Source of the DNA: Zootoca vivipara
Lineage: Eukaryota
DNA length: 64,000 nucleotides
Reading direction: 5' to 3'
Assembly: GCF_963506605.1 (NCBI RefSeq)
Contig: NC_083276.1
Coordinates: forward strand, 71,114,001 to 71,178,000
How positions within the stretch are numbered: position 1 is the stretch's first letter; every line of letters starts with the position of its first letter. Positions 24,001-33,600 of this stretch are shown piece after piece. The translations under genes and the position numbers were made by a program. Under the pieces are notes generated by a model. That model did no database searches. It was not told the DNA's origin and saw nothing but the letters and a program-made list of their open reading frames with translations.

Positions 24001-27000
24001 CAAATCTGGTAGTTTTGACAAGACTGTGGTGTTAATTGCTCATTCTATCCTATAATTTCCACAAGGATTGTAGTGAAACTGAAAGGATAAGCAACTGAAA
24101 CTGAAACTGAAAGCAAACCTATCTCTAGCTCTTTTTTGAGAGAGCCTGTGTGTATATATCCATGTGTGTATCCACTGAGAAAAGGAGTTCATGCATCATA
24201 TGACATAGGCTGTAGTCCATGAAAATTTATGCCATGATGCATGTGTTATAAAGTGGCACTAGGTTTGGTTTTGCTTTAACATACTAATGTGACACCCCAT
24301 CTGCAATTTGTCACTTCTGATTTACTGCTTTACAATACCGGATGTACTAGCATTCTTTGAATTTAAACTAATGTTTTCAATTCATTTTGTTTTATCTGCA
24401 TCTGCATTTTTTAGGTTACCCCAAAGTTACAGATATTACATGTGAACCAAATGATCCTAAATATGGAACTAAATTGTCTCTAACCTGTAAAGTCACAGAT
24501 TTCTTTCTTAGTGACATAAAAATTAAATGGCTTGATGGGGGTATTGAAATAAGTGAAGGTGTGGACACAGAGAAGCCAGTCGAAGGCTCAAATGGCTGTT
24601 TGAAGTTGTCTTCTAAGCTCCAGCTGATACCAACTGCTTTGGATCATAATAAGTTCATTACTTTCAGTGTGACATATGGTGACCTGAAAAAGCCCATTGT
24701 TAGAGATGTGTATCTAAAGCTCCCAGGTATGTACTGAGAATCCTTTGGGTTCTTTCAACTTTTGGCAAATGGCAATTTGAGCTTGTTTATTTAACAAAAT
24801 TTAAACCACTTAATTTTAAAAATGTCGGTAAGTGATTGTAAAAATGTCTAAGTGGTTTACATAAAATAAAATGTATATTAAATTGAGGATAAATGTAGTA
24901 TTCTGATATGAATCGGTTCCCTTTGCAACAAGGGAGGTTTGACATATTTGTGTACTCTGATAGGTGTATGTCTCTACTAGCAGTCATGTGTCCCTAATAT
25001 CTGCCAGTTTTGTTTGTTTTTTTGAAAGTCCAAACTATCTTGCAGACTTGCACTTAGTAGTTCTGAAGATTACCTGATAGAAAAATCAGGTAAATCTAAT
25101 AAAAAACTAAGAAAGCAAAAACATATGTTCACACGTACACTGATGGTACTACTTCACTCCAAGTTTTTTTGAAAATCAAAAATCATATTATCGGATGTAT
25201 ATTCATTGAAGATGAATATCCTGGCAACCCTGCTGATCTGAAGTGTGATTTAAACAATGGCACATTTAAATGAACTTGTCTTTCATAAAATTCCTTTATT
25301 TTTTTAGAATAAAGTTATAGAATAGGCTCACATTGGGGAAGGGGAGTAGAACATCCAGGTTTAGTCCCTAGCATTTCCAGCCAGGGCTGGAAATATCCCC
25401 TGCTTGAAACTGTACAGAGCTACTGCCAGACACTCTAAACAATACTGAACTAGATGGATTAATGGACTGACTTGGTATTAGGCATATTTTTATGTTCCTG
25501 TTGTCTTGTATTGTTACTTCAAGTCACATCCTTTCCTTCCCATGTAGTTCACCGCCCTGAGATGTCTGAAATAAAGAAAACACCAATGCAAAACAGTGAG
25601 AGCATCTCTTTGGAAACTGTCATATCAAATTTTGCACCTTGCAACATAAGAGTGACGTGGTATGAAGAATGGGAAAAAATATCTGAAGACAATCCCAGGA
25701 ACATTCAGATTGGAGAAAACAAGTTAGGTTATTTTGTAAGCAAATTACAGGTTAGTCCAAAAGGCAGAGACTCCAAAGAGACAATTAGATGTGAAGTTTT
25801 TCACCAAGCGACACAGGATTTTAAAGAAAAAAGCTTTGTGTGGGAAAGCAAAGGTAAGAACATTTTTTTTTAATCTTTTCAGCGCAGAATGTACAGAATT
25901 TATGTAAGGGATTCAGACATCTCCCTTCAAAAAACACTGCTAATGGGGGAAAAGGTGATTCCTCTTCTCAATTAGCATTTCCATTACTTAGGACTCAGCT
26001 ACATTAGTACCGTAAAAAACACACCAGTTTTTTAAATCCATTATAAAGATGCAACACCAGGTGGCACTGTAGAGCACAAAACCTTTTTCCTTTTGTTTTT
26101 TCTTTTGTTATAACAATATAATTTATAATTTAATTATAGCATTCCCCCCCCTCGGTCACGGCTGAAAGGTGGATTTGTAGTCTTTTTGGGTAGCTATGAT
26201 ATTTCTGGTGACATGTGATAGAATTCCCCAATCATTGGGAAGAGGGGTATTTAACTTAAATTTTATTTTAAGTCTTTGAACACTGGAGTGACTCAAAGAG
26301 TAGAAGCACTTATGACTCAAAGAGCAGGAACACTTACAGCTGCTTTTTCAAAGTGTTCTCCAGTTTCTCCTCACCCTAGTGCATTGTGTTGCAATGCATT
26401 GGTTCTTTTCCCACCGAAATTACACACCACCTGAGATAGTAGTTTGAGATTTTTTTCTCCAGCTCTCAGTAAGTGCCTTACTGAGCTAGTGCTAAATTAA
26501 CTTTGCTTGCCAATATGGACCATTGAATTGTAACAGACCTCAGGTGTACTTGGGGGCTGAATCAGCACAGCCCATGGTCTGTACAACAATGTAGGTTCTG
26601 CTTTATTGCTGGCCAGGATGTTTTGTGATTAGTCAGGTCAGTACTTTTGGTGATTCCGAGGCCTGTGGGCATCTAGCTCCCACATATGTTTGGCTTTTGC
26701 TGGGGCTAAGCTGTCTATATTGATATGCATGGAGAAAAGGGAGCCTTTGTAAATTGATAGTGCTGTTAGGGGGTGAGATTGTAGAATGAATCAGCATGAA
26801 AACATCCTGAACTATACCTGTTTCCTTCCAGTGTAAGTAATAGTGTTGTGATGAATGTCAGCTGTAATTTTATTTGTGGTAGATGCTTTTAAATGATAAA
26901 ACTGGGAAAAATGAAGACAGTGATATAGGCTTTCAGTTTGTTTTCATTGTAGCAGGTCATCTAGAAATTCAGCAGTGCTCTTTGAGGATGGCTCATGATT

Positions 27001-28959
27001 TTCTCATATTCAATAATAGTATTCAGAAGACTAGCATATCTGGTTGTTATGAATACAAAAATCAACATAATGCTCTTACAACACACCTGGTGTTAGAAAT
27101 TTTGTCTTGAATTCATCAGAGGAGAACTAGCTTTTGAATTTTTCCATGAATATTGCTCTGACTGTATCCCCCCCCCCCCGCAACCTCCCAAATGCTACCC
27201 TTGGAAGACAGTTGGCTAATTGCAGTTGAGAGCATGTTGATTCAGTTGAGTAGCATTTCTGTTGTAAGTATTTCTGTTACGTGACATGATGCCTGCCCAA
27301 GGCCTAATATGTTATTTCTTCTTTTAAAGAAGATTGCTGCGATAGCCTTGACAGAATGTTGACTTCACCAGTGAGCCAAAACCATGTAGGACCATTAATA
27401 AGTGAGTATTGCACCTCCACATGTAGGTAAAATGCAGGTACATTACACATTGACCCAGTGATTTCATATCCTGGTTTGTAGTCCCAGTTAAAATCAGAAA
27501 ACTGTTTAGATGTTTCTTGAAAGAGGCAGTGGGAGAACGTTATAAACCATTATTTATTAAAGTGAGATCATTACATCTCAACCAGACCATTAAGTTACTC
27601 TAAACCTTATTTTCATAAGGATGATTTGAAAGATCATCTTAGTCCATTCTGAAAAACTTGTACGCAGGGATCTGCAAACTTTCTTTTGGCATAAAAGCCA
27701 GCCACTATTTGTGGCCACAGTGACCACTTCAGCCCTCCACAAGGAAACAGGAAAGGGTGCAGAAGAATTCCTCATGTCATGCTTATATTTATGCCATCCC
27801 TCTACTGTTTAATGTATGACAATATAATTATATACCACTGGATAGTTTTAAACAATCATAAAATAATAAAACAATAACAGGTTTAACAAAACAACTATGT
27901 GAAACATTAGTTTTAAAGCAAGTAGTCTATGAATTTATATGCCAACATTAATATCTTAATAACTGAGTCTCTAACAACCGATAAAACATACTGAAGACAT
28001 ATGAAAGACATTCATATATGCTTAACTGAACACATGAAAGTCCATCCCGACAAAACTACAGATTGGGGCTTGAAGATAAAATTGTAACCTTGTATTTATT
28101 TAGGGACCTGGCACATCCCAAATAGTAAGAGTTTTAATATCCTGACTTGGCATAACTGCCCTCTTTCCAGCTATCCTTTTACGGTACCTAGGTGTTTATT
28201 TTCTCCATCTCATTTGCCCTCACTCTCCTGTCCTGGTTCAGTTCTTCATCTTCCATCCTCAACAGATTCTCAACAGCTGTCACTTACTTTGACTCCTGCC
28301 AGCAATCCATTACACTCCACTGCTGTCAGTCAGTCATTCATTCTTACAATACGGACCACTCTAGTTCTCCAGTGGCTTGCTATTGCTTTTTATTCCTCTG
28401 TCCTTAATTGCCAATGTCTTTGACTGTAGCTTCCATTCACAGCACCAAGCAGCGGCTGGGTAGGGAACAGACATAATGCAATGTGAACAGAAAGTTCAAA
28501 TTATCTGACTTGAAGAAAATATGCAAATGATTGGAAACTGAACATCACAATCACAGACAGTTAATGTTAGCGAGATGCCTCTTCCAGGTATGTACTTCAA
28601 GAGCAGTTTCCTATTCGGTTTCCCATTCCCTCTCTCTAGATTCTAAGCTCACCAGTGAAGAACCAGTTCAGCCTATGAAGATAGAATGTGTCACCAGCAA
28701 CCCAAAGGCAGGCGAGAAGGTGACTCTTCGCTGTTTTGTACCTGGAATAAGAGCAGAGGATGCCAATGTTTCCTGGTTTAAAGGAGTATATCCAGTTGAT
28801 GATAAAATAGAGAATGCAAACTGTGGCGATGGATCTGGTTTTATTTCAGATGTGGTCATTACAACTGAAAAAGATAAGAAAAAATATGAAATCAGATGTG
28901 AAGTTTATGTAGATGCCAATTATGAAATCTTGGAAGAAAACTTTTATTTAGAACTTTGA
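11516..28959 (+). CDS. NCR3LG1: B7-H6 (NCR3LG1)-like type I membrane protein of ~876 aa: SP-IgV-IgC1-TM followed by five C1-like Ig domains; join(11516..11606,16427..16777,17715..18041,19252..19347,22021..22461,22926..23240,24415..24726,25548..25853,27330..27401,28640..28959)
   Basis: All internal exons are phase 1-1 with GT-AG ends; the total of 2631 nt is one open frame. The IgV resembles B7-H6 (LKV.M...W.WK...G.A.L.LP.IQ..E.G.YRC.V.VTP). It sits at the NCR3LG1 position between NUCB2 and KCNJ11. Confidence 0.82.
11654..11700 (+). repeat. (GCT)n followed by (AAACT)n microsatellite
   Basis: Directly visible. Confidence 0.9.
12242..12377. mobile_element. Palindromic hAT (Charlie-like) MITE
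   Basis: TIR CAGGCATCCCCAAACT..; 8-bp TSD GTCTGGAT on both sides; near-identical copy at 38831. Confidence 0.88.
12410..13275 (-). mobile_element. Degraded LINE (L2/CR1 clade) 3' fragment
   Basis: Minus-strand pieces such as LKEWVCSLEVLLDSLLSPEAQV and VPHLWNALP resemble an L2/CR1 RT C-terminus; AT-rich tail near 12410. Confidence 0.55.
13355..13604. mobile_element. hAT-Charlie-like non-autonomous DNA transposon
   Basis: CAGGGGTAGGCAACC...GGTTGCTGAGCCCTG; TSD CTATTGAC/CTGTTGAC; related copy at 44550. Confidence 0.8.
15721..15856. mobile_element. Older diverged copy of the palindromic hAT MITE family (also ~15030-15160, ~39010-39150, ~63660-63785)
   Basis: CAGGGGTAG...GACTCCCA...TGGGAGTTGCAGTCC...CTACCACTG. 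Confidence 0.55.
16427..16777 (+). CDS. NCR3LG1: NCR3LG1-like exon 2, IgV domain
   Basis: Canonical C (IPC), W (VEW) and EEGIYRC; FG-loop VTVTP as in B7-H6; atgaag| ... G|gtaagt. Confidence 0.92.
17715..18041 (+). CDS. NCR3LG1: NCR3LG1-like exon 3, IgC1 domain
   Basis: TLSCTVNKFYP..IEVHW...NGDGTFNVTSKL...YSCVVGH, a canonical C1-set; sequons NVT and NAT; atgcag| ... G|gtattc. Confidence 0.92.
18069..18095 (+). repeat. (TG)n microsatellite
   Basis: Directly visible just downstream of the exon 3 donor. Confidence 0.9.
18104..18195. mobile_element. ~90-bp hAT-type mini-MITE (TIR CATAGCTGCCAAG)
   Basis: 8-bp TSD AATAGTGG; three more copies in the window. Confidence 0.9.
18395..18810 (+). mobile_element. 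CR1 LINE 3' fragment
   Basis: Frameshifted IVMPLYKSM..CVQF..LKKD..ELGKV.KRATKMI.GMEQL, typical of the CR1 ORF2 C-terminus. Confidence 0.65.
18822..18911. mobile_element. Penelope-like element terminal fragment
   Basis: AATAAAAAAATTCCTTCAGTAGCACCTTAAAGACCAACTAAG...CACTTCTTCAGATA; near-identical to 54510-54599. Confidence 0.6.
19252..19347 (+). CDS. NCR3LG1: NCR3LG1-like exon 4, transmembrane segment (EPPPNFIWLAVILVLLLLGMIPVILYIKYFKK)
   Basis: tctctttacag| ... A|gtaagt; 96 nt, phase 1-1; ~22 uncharged hydrophobic residues followed by KYFKK. Confidence 0.88.
20528..21057 (+). mobile_element. Possible old solo LTR
   Basis: TGTTA...TAACA termini and LTR-like composition, but no clean TSD. Confidence 0.3.
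21678..21865. mobile_element. Tc1/mariner (Tigger/pogo-like) MITE
   Basis: CAGTCATACCTC...GAGGTACCACTG followed by TA; relatives at 46469 and 52310. Confidence 0.7.
22021..22461 (+). CDS. NCR3LG1: Exon 5, degenerate C1-like Ig domain with an insertion (post-TM domain 1)
   Basis: Long polypyrimidine tract and ttatag|; 441 nt open; GFRPKRLEIVF and LEVRHEAFP resemble the C1 motifs GFYP..I.V.W and C.V.H..L; G|gtaagt. Confidence 0.8.
22926..23240 (+). CDS. NCR3LG1: Exon 6, Cys-rich C1-like Ig domain (post-TM domain 2)
   Basis: tttacag| ECTPKVSKFECEPPVPECGKIITLSCLVEDFCPRECGICW...DFIVQINH...LLLK G|gtgagt; 315 nt. Confidence 0.82.
24415..24726 (+). CDS. NCR3LG1: Exon 7, C1-like Ig domain (post-TM domain 3)
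   Basis: ttttttag| GYPKVTDITCEP...LSLTCKVTDFF..DIKIKW...LSSKLQLIP...YLKLP G|gtatgt; 312 nt. Confidence 0.85.
25548..25853 (+). CDS. NCR3LG1: Exon 8, C1-like Ig domain (post-TM domain 4)
   Basis: catgtag| ...ISNFAPCNIRVTW...FVSKLQVSP...IRCEVFH... G|gtaaga; 306 nt. Confidence 0.83.
27330..27401 (+). CDS. NCR3LG1: Candidate exon 9, short linker (EDCCDSLDRMLTSPVSQNHVGPLI)
   Basis: Polypyrimidine tract and NAGNAG acceptor (taaag|aag|), donor A|gtgagt; 72 nt, phase 1-1, no stop. Confidence 0.55.
28640..28959 (+). CDS. NCR3LG1: Exon 10, terminal Ig-like domain (post-TM domain 5) and stop
   Basis: tctctctag| ...GEKVTLRCFV..ANVSWFKG...YEIRCEV...NFYLEL TGA. Confidence 0.82.
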
Positions 28960-29312
28960 GAAATCATTGTACTGTATAAAGACAAAGAATATATAAAAAG
29001 AACCACAGGAAAAATTTGCTGCAGGTTGCTTTCATACATCCCCCGCTTGCTTCTATGAGGTGTGTGAGTCCTGTTGGTTCTGTTTTGTGGGCCCCCTCAA
29101 AACTGATAGGCATTTGGGTTCAAATGGTGTGTGTACACTGCATCATGTGATTGATTATGTGGTGCGGGGCTTACCTGGGCTCCCACAATATTTTATTCAA
29201 GTTGGCACCCCTGCTTTGAAGCCCTGTGTGAAGAAAGTCTGATTATATTAAAGAGGTTGTAATGTATATTATGTAATACAATGAAATATAGCATAATGTA
29301 ATGTTCTGTATT

Positions 29313-29666
29313 GGGATGTGGGTGGCGCTGTGGGTTAAACCACAGAGCCTAGGGCTTGCCAATCAGAAGTTCGGCGGTTTGAATCCTTGCCACGGGGTGA
29401 GCTCCTGTTGTTTGGTTCCAGCTCCTGCCAACCTAGCAGTTTGAAAGCACATCAAAGTGCAAGTAGATAAATAGGTATCGCGACAGCAGGAAGGTAAACG
29501 GCATTTCCGTGTGCTGCTCTGGTTCGCCAGAAGTGGCTTTGTCATGCTGGCCACATGACCTGGAAGCTTGTACACCGGCTCCCTCGGCCAATAACGCGAG
29601 ATGAGTGCCTCAACCCTAGAGTCAGTCACGACTGGACCTAATGGTCAGGGGTCCCTTTACCTTTAC
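29313..29666 (+). mobile_element. Sauria SINE, full length
   Basis: GGGAYGYGGGTGGCGCTGTGGGTTAAACCACAGAGCC...GGTCAGGGGTCCCTTTACCTTTAC; imperfect TSD TAATGT(T/A)CTGTA. Confidence 0.9.
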
Positions 29667-29885
29667 TAATGTACTGTAGGGTGATGACGTTGTTGAAAGT
29701 CTCTACTCTGGTTCAGTGATAAGCTGTAACAGGACGGTGGTAGAATTTTCAGTACACAAAAGGGGGACTGACGGTAAGCATATTTTGATTGGTGGATATA
29801 TCTAGCTGAGCACTGGCCAGCAAAGCAAGTTCAGGGGTTGCCATTGAGCAGGAGTCAAAATAGAGTTGCACTTAAATAAATCAGT

Positions 29886-30095
29886 AAAGGACCTAGCTCA
29901 ATGGTAAATGAAGGGCCTTGCTTGTGCAGACCTTGCTTGCAGAAGGTCCCAGATTCAATTCCCAGCATCTCTCAAGTAGGGTTGGGATGCACTCCTGCCT
30001 GAAACCCTGAAGAGCTGCTGCCAGTCAGTGTAGACAATATTGAGCTAGATAGACCTGTTGTCTATCTCAGTGTAAGGCAGCTTTTGTGTTTCCAT
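29886..30095 (+). mobile_element. Squam3-like tRNA-derived SINE
   Basis: TAGCTCAATGGT...GCAGAAGGTCCCAGATTCAATTCC...GAGCTGCTGCCAGTCAGTGTAGACAA...AAGGCAGCTT. Confidence 0.65.
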
Positions 30096-32601
30096 GTCTG
30101 ATAGAAAAGGCTTCCAGCAGTGACCTCATTGGTTAAGGCTTAACTGGGATGGAAAGAAAAGGGGCAACCCGTATTACTATATTGAAGTAACTAGGTAACC
30201 TTGTCCATAATACTGAAACAAGCAAATGTTGGTATATTTGCTTAATATAATAGCTAATTGCCTTTATACTGCCCCTGTATAAAGATTATTGGTTATTGGT
30301 AAGTTAATTGTCCAGAGGGAGTAAGGGCACGGCACAGATTTAGGAGAACTTTTGGAGTGGAAGTTGAATGTTGTTATTTTAGAGAAAGTAGCGGGAGGGG
30401 GGGGGGACCCTTCCCTCCACACTCTGCATAATGGCTTGAAATTCAGTTTTCAGAAGCTTACTCCCACACAAACCTGCCCAAGTAATGAGCTCATCTTCAG
30501 GGGCCTTGATCAGAAGTTAAGACAGCTGGCAGAAAGGGGGGGGGCATCTTGTAGAAGTGTCTCTTCAGAGATGTACAACTGGTGCCAAATAGGGATGTGA
30601 GCACTTGCAGCAAGGAGCACCCCTGCTCAAATTAAAAAGCAATTTAAAGGCAGCATAGTCACTCTCGGAAGCTTCCTCCCTCGATTCTGCTCCCTTGAAC
30701 CCTGAGCTCTGTGCCTTCTATTATACCCTTGAGTGTCATGTTCAGGAGAGCTGCTGTCCTGCCATAGGACCTTAGGAAGTTGTCTTATACTGAGTCAGGC
30801 TATTGGCCCAGGTCACTTAGTATTATTGATACTGACTGGCAGTAGAGTTTCAGACAGGGCCCTTTCTTAGGCTCTACCTGGAGATGCTATGGATTGAACC
30901 TGTAATTCCCTTCCTTCCTTCTTGAGTCCCAGGGTGAGTGTTTTCTCCTTGAGGACAGGTAGTGAGCATTTGCTGAAATTATTAAAGACCGCAACAGTGT
31001 AATGCTATGCAGGTTTACTCAGAAGTAAGTTCCATTGTGTTTAGTAGGGCTTATTGTTGCACGCCACCCCAATCTAACAGTGTGAGATTCTACCCGGAGC
31101 ACAGTTTCCTTTGGAATGAGGGACAGCAGAGACTGTAGTGACTTCAGTATATATGGTTTATTTACAAATATATACAACCTGAGCCTATGATGGAGAGGCT
31201 CACAGCATGGCAGACTAAATATCTTCTGTCGGCAGCTTGCCAACAGAGATAAAGACATAAACATTGGCTATCAAATTCACTTTGGAGATAAGAGTGAGCA
31301 GGAGATTAACCGCTGATGTTCTGAAAAAGTTGTTTACTACATCAGGGGACTGTGAAGCGTTGCTTTTTTCTGGGCATACTCAAGGATATGCAGCCTTTTT
31401 CTTCTTCAAATGTTAAAAGTGTGGCACTTGCTGTAATAACTTCATGGTGAGTACTGGCACCCTTTTTCCTTAAAAAAAAAAGCACTGCTGAGAAGCTTTC
31501 TAACTAACAGACTATTGAGGTAGGGCCCCCCACCCATTTGGCCTCTGCCACAGAGCCACTTCCTTTGTTACCATAGCAGCACATACTTAGGTTGCCAGGT
31601 ACAAGGCCTGGTTATTCCAACAATTGAGGGCCTACCCCCCTCCCACCAAAACTCTCAACAATATTTTTGTACACTGCTTTTATATTTTTCATGCAATGCC
31701 CTTTTATAAATGCTTTTATAAATAAATAAAATCATCAGCAAACCTATTCTGGAGTGGGTAAGTTCTGAATGTTACTCATGTGTAGCCTGTGTAGCTTGAT
31801 AAATTGTAAATGCACAACTCCATATCATGTCAAATGACTAGGTTTTTTCCGGACTATTGTGCATAGGCTGCTCAGAGCATTATTTAAAAGAGACTTGGTA
31901 TTGTTAGAATTAAGAATAAGTGTAATTCCAATTGATTCTAAATATTTGAATGGGATATTCTGTTATTACTTTAAAATGGTTTGCGAATGGCATGATTCAT
32001 CTCCGTACAAGTGCAGCCATTCACCCATGGAGGGATCAGGTCAGGACTCTGTTCCAAACACATACCCCTCATCTTAACATGCCCATCATGTTTTTTTTTA
32101 AGGCAAGTAGAAAGTATCTGATTTAAAATACCTCAATCTGGCACCACACCTGATTTAGCATCCTTAAAAGTTGATCATGCTTCACTATTTGAATGGGTGT
32201 TTGCAGTTTCCCCTCATCTGAAGATTCACGATGCTTGCAATCTCCATAAATTCCTGCTCGATCTCTTCTTGTCTTTTAATAGCTTGTGTCTGGGAAAGGA
32301 CACGCCATTTAGTAACATGTATCCCATCTTGCTACTGAATCAAAAATAGTACACAGAATCATAGAGGGAGTCCATGAAACATTTACTGCTTTGAATTTAG
32401 CCAAGTGGCTCTCCCAACTAGTTTTCGCCTGAAGCAAAACTGCCATAGTTCAGGGTGCAAGGATTGCTTGAAAATTCTCTCCAGTGTCTGCCCTGCCTAA
32501 TTTTTAGTCCCCCAGAATGATGCTTGCCTCAGTAAGGCATGCTTTGGGGTAGTCATTTTCCATTTAGGATAGTCCCTGCACCATTTAGAACTCCAAAGGA
32601 G

Positions 32602-33600
32602 TTTTTTTTAAATATATTTTTATTAATTTTCCAATTAAAACCAATTATATCACATTCATTATTTCAAATTATACACACATATATATCAATCAAACCGAAT
32701 GTTATGCCAAATCGTCTAGAGAATTTTTTATTTGGGTTCCCATGCTTCAAGAAATTGGGGATTCCTCGCAACCGTCCACTGCCGTCTTTTTTCTAAAGTT
32801 CAAATCGTCCTCCAAGTTCATAATAATCCAGATCTTCCCCTTACAGTCACATAGATGTTTTCCACTTTCAACCGATTGTTTCCCAGCTGCTGAGATAAAT
32901 ATCAAACAAGGTTTCACAGATGTTCTTTCTCCTGTGTGGGTTAATCAGTCCAGCCTCCCCATAAATCTTCTTGGTCTGGAGCTCCCTGTTGCGTCGACTC
33001 TCAACACGAAGCAGCGCCATCTTAAAAAAACTCAAATCACTTTCGTTTTCTCTCATAGCCATGAAGATTAACGATCTTTATAGAATTTACAGCTTTTCCA
33101 GGCAGAAGACCCAAACATCAAACCATAAACTCTTGGTAAATTAATGGATCTCCTTGCCCTATAGCTGAACTTAGCTTCAGGTCGCTGCTCCAATTCAAAG
33201 TGCGTCACAGCTCATAAATCCTCCGAACGCGTCCAGGACTCCTTCCGTCCGACTAGGGGGGGGGGGGCTTTTCTCATCGGCAACTCCACATCTTTAAAAA
33301 ATATGCTCAGTAACAACAGTTTATAAAGTTCAACTCACACAGTCTTTTGCTTCTCTTTCACTCCAAACAAGCCAGGACATCGCGTCTGGGAAGGTACGAA
33401 GTAACTCATATGAAGAAAAATAAAAAAAAACTCAATTCCCTTATCGCTCCGTCCCCATCAATCCTTCTTCCAGATGATATACAGCCTTTGACTCCTCTCC
33501 CTCAGCAGCATAAATTTCTCAGCAGTAAACAGCGCTTCTTCCCCTCAAAGGAAGTAGAACTTTCACTGATTCCACTTCTTCTATGATAGCATGTTAGTAA
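32602..33600 (-). mobile_element. Possible L1-like/non-LTR element remnant
   Basis: T-tract and TTTATT (antisense poly(A) tail and signal) at the left end; CpG-retaining interior with antisense AAGATGGCG (YY1-like); no clear ORF homology or TSD. Confidence 0.35.

Noticed and set aside
22021-28959. Post-TM exons as a separate gene or pseudogene
   Set aside because: I saw no separate signal peptide exon or CpG promoter. The TM exon has no stop and ends in a phase-1 donor matching the next acceptor, and there are no stops or frameshifts. Not formally excluded without transcripts.
31055-31244. TGTTG...CAACA antisense LTR-like segment
   Set aside because: Short and lacking a matching TSD; too weak to call.
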